A DNA stretch of 64,000 nucleotides from the NCBI GenBank assembly GCA_049966155.1, contig JBMFVE010000005.1, positions 36,330-100,329 of the forward strand, read 5' to 3'. The position numbers and the translations under genes are program-made. Below the pieces are notes generated by a model. It was not told where the DNA came from, searched no databases, and saw only the letters and a list, made by a program, of their open reading frames with translations. Positions 60,099-64,000 of this stretch are shown one piece after another (position 1 is the first letter of the stretch; each line of letters starts with the position of its first letter). The stretch comes from Candidatus Kryptoniota bacterium. GTDB lineage: Bacteria; Bacteroidota; Ignavibacteria; Kryptoniales; JAKASW01.

Positions 60099-61895
60099 TC
60101 AATTACGCTTCCTTCCTTTTGGCTTTTGAACAGGTCTTACAAGCACTTCTTCAACTGGCTTCTTGTTCATCACGTATTGCTGTCCAATGGAGAGAAGATT
60201 AAATACGAAATAATACAGGTTAAGCCCCGACGGGAAATTGTTGAAAAGGATCCAGAATAGAGCCGGCATAAACCAGACCATAAATTGTTGTCGGGGATCC
60301 TTCACTGTCATCTTTTGCTGAATTAGCATGGTGATAGCCATCAGAAGTGCAAGGCCGCTAATTTGGTTCATGCCAATTATCGGTAGGGTGAAAGGGAGCC
60401 TCAAGATCGTATCTGGCACGGAAAGGTCCTTTATCCACCAGAAAAAGTCAGCTTGTCGCAAGGCTATGTTACTTCTGAAAATTGCCCACAATGCATAAAG
60501 TATTGGCAATTGCAGAAGCATTGGTAGGCAACCTCCCGCAGGATTGATCTTGTATTCCTTATAAAGATTCATTACAGCCTGGTTCATCTTTTGAGGATCA
60601 TCTTTGTATTTCTCTTTAATTTCCTCCATAAGCGGTTGAAGTGCCTGCATTTTTCGCATCGACTTCATACTGGTGACTGTGAGCGGATTTAAAAGGAGTT
60701 TGATGATCAGGGAGAAGATTATTATGACAATGCCGTAGTTAGGTATGAATGAATGGAGAAATTCAAACGCGGGGAGCATAACATATTCAGCAATAGGCCT
60801 TACAACCCATTGCCAACCAAGTCCTACAGTCTTCTCAAGGCCGACGCCATACGACTTTAACAGTTTGTAGTCCAGGGGTCCTATATATACCTGAAATGTG
60901 TCAGATTGGAATGGAATTGCACGGAATCGCATCTGTAAGGCTGTAGAATAAGAACGGACCACACCGTTGTCAGGTGCGTGCATTGCTGTCCCGGCCAGGT
61001 AGGCACCATCGCCTGGAGAGCTCCTCGCGATTATTGCCGAGGTAAAGTATTTTGTCGTCTGTGATACCCAGTCGGTTCTTCCGCTTAGCTCAATCCTTTT
61101 TTCTTTGTTGAAATCATTAGCCTCAAGAGACACCGCTTCTCCACCATTGTATGCATATGCAGTTGAGAAACTTGACTCATCAACACTGTTTTCTTCAGTA
61201 TAGTTGAGTCCATTCTCCCACGTCACCTGATATTCAAAATCCGCAATAAACCTGTCCATTCGTTTGAATGTAATATCGGAGATGAAATCATATCTTCCAT
61301 TCTCAAAAACAAAAGTCTTCACGATTTGTGAGGAATCCCCGACGTTCAACATAAGCCTAACGGTGTACGACTTGCCTTTCGATAAAGTTACATGCTGTCC
61401 ATCTCTAAAATCAGCTGTAAAATAAAGGTCCTTTGTGTCGATTAGCTTGCCATCAATAGACTGGAAGAGGATGCTGTAGTCGCCCCCTTTTAGCTCATTG
61501 ATTAGTTCGACGGGCTGACCGCGCCATGTCCTGTAATTCTTGAGTGTCCATTCTTTTATTAAAGCACCCTTGGCGCTGATGACAGCGGTATATAGATCCG
61601 TAGTGATTGTAATCTGCTTTTCCTTGCCTACCGCAAGGGGGCCAAAATACCGTCCAAATGCTTTATAGGCCTCATTAGTCGTGTCCAGGGATGACTCCGC
61701 AGTCCTGTTTGACCATTTGGATCCCGGTTTGGAGGCGTAACTCCCTGTCGTTTCCTTAGGGGGAGCCGACGGCTTCACCTCCTCGTTGCCACCCTTCGTG
61801 TTTATATGCTCTATTGGTTTTGGTGTGTTAAGCCACATCCAGGTAAATAAAAGAACAGTAATAAGTATTATTCCAATCGTCTCAGTCTTCCCCAT
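60099..61895 (-). CDS. yidC: membrane protein insertase YidC
   Basis: NYGIVII, NPAGGCLP, PSGLNLY. Confidence 0.96.
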   Translation of the reverse strand: MGKTETIGIILITVLLFTWMWLNTPKPIEHINTKGGNEEVKPSAPPKETTGSYASKPGSKWSNRTAESSLDTTNEAYKAFGRYFGPLAVGKEKQITITTDLYTAVISAKGALIKEWTLKNYRTWRGQPVELINELKGGDYSILFQSIDGKLIDTKDLYFTADFRDGQHVTLSKGKSYTVRLMLNVGDSSQIVKTFVFENGRYDFISDITFKRMDRFIADFEYQVTWENGLNYTEENSVDESSFSTAYAYNGGEAVSLEANDFNKEKRIELSGRTDWVSQTTKYFTSAIIARSSPGDGAYLAGTAMHAPDNGVVRSYSTALQMRFRAIPFQSDTFQVYIGPLDYKLLKSYGVGLEKTVGLGWQWVVRPIAEYVMLPAFEFLHSFIPNYGIVIIIFSLIIKLLLNPLTVTSMKSMRKMQALQPLMEEIKEKYKDDPQKMNQAVMNLYKEYKINPAGGCLPMLLQLPILYALWAIFRSNIALRQADFFWWIKDLSVPDTILRLPFTLPIIGMNQISGLALLMAITMLIQQKMTVKDPRQQFMVWFMPALFWILFNNFPSGLNLYYFVFNLLSIGQQYVMNKKPVEEVLVRPVQKPKGRKRN

Positions 61896-62182
61896 TAAAC
61901 ATTCCTTTCCATAGAACCCTTTGCTGGTGTGACGGGATCGTATCCCCCTTTACTCAACGGATTGCACCGAAGAATCCGCCACACGCTCATTAAAAACCCC
62001 CTAAAAAAACCGTATGTCTGGAAGGCTTCGATGGTGTAGTTCGAACAGGTTGGATAAAACCGGCATGACGGAGGAAAAAGAGGTGAAATTGCTTGCTGGT
62101 AACCCCTTATTAAGGTGACAGCAATTTTAGCTAAATAGCTCGGATTTGATTTTCCCAAAAAAAACCTCAAAGTCTTTCTCAA
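61895..62182 (-). CDS. yidD: membrane protein insertion efficiency factor
   Basis: [19 protein letters not shown]. Confidence 0.95.
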   Translation of the reverse strand: MRKTLRFFLGKSNPSYLAKIAVTLIRGYQQAISPLFPPSCRFYPTCSNYTIEAFQTYGFFRGFLMSVWRILRCNPLSKGGYDPVTPAKGSMERNV

Positions 62183-62525
62183 CTTCTCTCAATTTTGTGC
62201 GAAACGGATTTATCGGTTCTGCAACCACAGCAACAATTCGTAAGACTGCCTTCTTCTGCTTAATCATCTCTCTCAGATCTCGAACTCGCAACCGGTAAGC
62301 TTCTCGCATCAACCGTTTTAACCGGTTTCGATGGACAGCCAGCCTGATCTTTCTTGAAACACTAAACGCAGCCCTCAGTTCACCATTGCCATTTTCTATA
62401 TCGTAATAAAACAAAACCACATTACCAGCGAACTTTTTTCCTCTCTTGAATACCTTCTGTACCTCTCTTGACGATCCAATTATCTCCTCCCTTGGCAGGA
62501 TGAAGCGCACGCGGTCAAAGCTCAA
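62127..62525 (-). CDS. rnpA: ribonuclease P protein component
   Basis: [16 protein letters not shown]. Confidence 0.93.
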   Translation of the reverse strand: MSFDRVRFILPREEIIGSSREVQKVFKRGKKFAGNVVLFYYDIENGNGELRAAFSVSRKIRLAVHRNRLKRLMREAYRLRVRDLREMIKQKKAVLRIVAVVAEPINPFRTKLREVEKDFEVFFGKIKSELFS

Positions 62526-62527
62526 AT

Positions 62528-62674
62528 TTACTTTTCGTCGCTAACCGTGAGGCGCCATCGGCCTTTTGCTCTACGCCTGGCGAGGACTTTACGCCCTGTT
62601 TTTGATTTCATTCTTGCCCTGAATCCATGGGTCCTTTTACGCCTTGTGTTATGAGGTTGATATGTCCTTTTCAT
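62528..62674 (-). CDS. rpmH: 50S ribosomal protein L34 (absent from ORF track)
   Basis: [48 protein letters not shown]. Confidence 0.97.
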   Translation of the reverse strand: MKRTYQPHNTRRKRTHGFRARMKSKTGRKVLARRRAKGRWRLTVSDEK

Positions 62675-62699
62675 TAAGCTGCTCCTCGTGAAAAATATT

Positions 62700-63230
62700 G
62701 TTGGTCGGTAAATTTATTTGCAGCCACGGAAAAATACAAGTCATTCTAATGTGGACTAACCATTCACAAATGCGTTAGTTGCAAAGTAATTCACCCATTC
62801 TCAACAAATTTTTCACGGTTTTCCACAAAGTTTTTCCACTTTTCCACATTCCCCAATATCGAACTTTTATTTGTAACTATCCCAATGGCTTGAAGTTAAA
62901 AAAACATCTTTCAAAAAGATACAAACAAAACGGATAACTATCTATATTAGAAAGAGTTACTTAGTTTTCCACATTCTCTAATGCTTGATTTTCCACATGG
63001 CCTTTATTATAATTTAACTCACTTGAAGTTGGAAGGTGTGTCTGTAACTTAACCAGAAGGCGATTTTGATGTCTGGATTATGAGGAAGCTAACAGGTTTC
63101 GCTGAAGAAGTTTTCCACATTAATGTTAACATATTGTCTAGTGCCTTGTAATTGCCCAATACATCGTTGGTTATGGATCACACAGTATTGTGAAAAACTT
63201 TGCAAACTATGTGGATAACATCCATTTGTG
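62700..63230. other. replication origin oriC (DnaA-box cluster)
   Basis: rpmH-dnaA intergenic; TTTTCCACA at 62819, 62840, 62965, 62989, 63111; TGTGGATAA at 63210; AT-rich stretch near 63003-63018. Confidence 0.85.
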
Positions 63231-63243
63231 ACAGGAGGGCGTA

Positions 63244-64000
63244 GTGGAAGAAAATTATGGTAATGCGGAACTCGCGTGGGAGGGGTGCTTGAAATACGTG
63301 AGGCAGCGTGTAAACAATCTAAGTTACAAGACCTGGTTTGCGCCGATAAAAGCGGTGGGCTTGCAGGGGGAGTCACTGGTATTGAGAGTTCCCAGTCAGT
63401 TTTTTCACGATTGGCTGGATGAGCATTACTCCACCATCATTTCTGAATCTGTGAGATCTGTTCTTGGTGAAAACTCAAAGGTTGAGTACGTTATCTCTGA
63501 AGACGACCTCACGGAGCCGGAACAGCAGTTCTATCGACCCCCTAAGTCCACCTTGCCATCCCAAGCGATTGAAAAAATACCTCAGAGACTGCCTAGCGCA
63601 ACACCATTTGAAACTAACCTCAACCCGCGTTACACATTTGAGAATTTCATCAAAGGTGATAGCAACCAGTTCGCGCGCGCTGCTGCCTATGCTGTGGCAA
63701 ACAATCCAGCAGGCACGGCATTTAATCCACTTGTCATATATGGTGGGGTGGGTTTGGGCAAGACGCATCTTGTACAGGCGATTGGAAATTTTGCCCGTCA
63801 ATCAAAAAAAGCAGAGCGTGTCCTATACATATCAAGTGAACGCTTCACAGTGGACTTTGTCGAAGCCATTCAAAAGGATCGTGCCAATGAATTTTCTAAT
63901 TTCTACAGAAGTATGGATATTCTAATAGTTGACGACATTCAGTTCTTTGCTGGTAAAGAAAAAACACAGGATAATTTCTTTCATACATTTAACGCCCTTC
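63244..64000 (+). CDS. dnaA: chromosomal replication initiator DnaA, 5' part (runs off window end)
   Basis: SD AGGAGG, GTG start; YKTWFAP, VPSQFF, NPLVIYGGVGLGKTHL, DDIQFF. Confidence 0.97.
   Translation, partial: MEENYGNAELAWEGCLKYVRQRVNNLSYKTWFAPIKAVGLQGESLVLRVPSQFFHDWLDEHYSTIISESVRSVLGENSKVEYVISEDDLTEPEQQFYRPPKSTLPSQAIEKIPQRLPSATPFETNLNPRYTFENFIKGDSNQFARAAAYAVANNPAGTAFNPLVIYGGVGLGKTHLVQAIGNFARQSKKAERVLYISSERFTVDFVEAIQKDRANEFSNFYRSMDILIVDDIQFFAGKEKTQDNFFHTFNAL

Noticed and set aside
63089..63925. ORFs 63089-63376, 63464-63925 and 63475-63801
   Set aside because: They are alternate or antisense frames over oriC and dnaA

Overview
Chromosomal housekeeping region that ends at the replication origin (rpmH-oriC-dnaA). 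The organism is an FCB-group bacterium, most consistent with Ignavibacteria/Kryptonia-like lineages: it has 'QNYPNPFNPST' T9SS sorting tails and uses SD sequences (inference). Left to right: partial tyrosine phenol-lyase; LonC-type protease; the yceD-rpmF-plsX-fabH-fabD-(Cys-rich ORF)-fabG-acpP-fabF-rnc operon; a Fur-boxed iron-uptake unit (beta-barrel gene with a G9 frameshift tract, CxxCH relic, fur, feoA, feoB, 33-aa peptide); AddA-like helicase-nuclease with a 3'-5' exonuclease; surE; a dense thiol-redox cluster; pepA, nrnA, korAB, ccdA; the tRNA-Gln-prs-rplY-pth-rpsF-ssb-rpsR-rplI operon; ino1; DUF58-rmuC-AddB-like; two T9SS-secreted enzymes; yggS, RluA-family gene, degenerate paaA-like plus paaH-like; tRNA-Glu; dNK; recG; yidC-yidD-rnpA-rpmH; oriC; dnaA. 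No CRISPR array, prophage, integrase or transposase was seen. The most novel-looking signals are two structured non-coding RNAs, each between a promoter and a tRNA gene. One carries a 16S-3'-end-like anti-SD segment and extended complementarity to the rpsF leader. Also notable are a zinc-ribbon ORF with an in-frame amber codon and a possibly phase-variable outer-membrane iron gene. All family assignments and RNA folds were made by eye from motifs; no database search or folding program was run.
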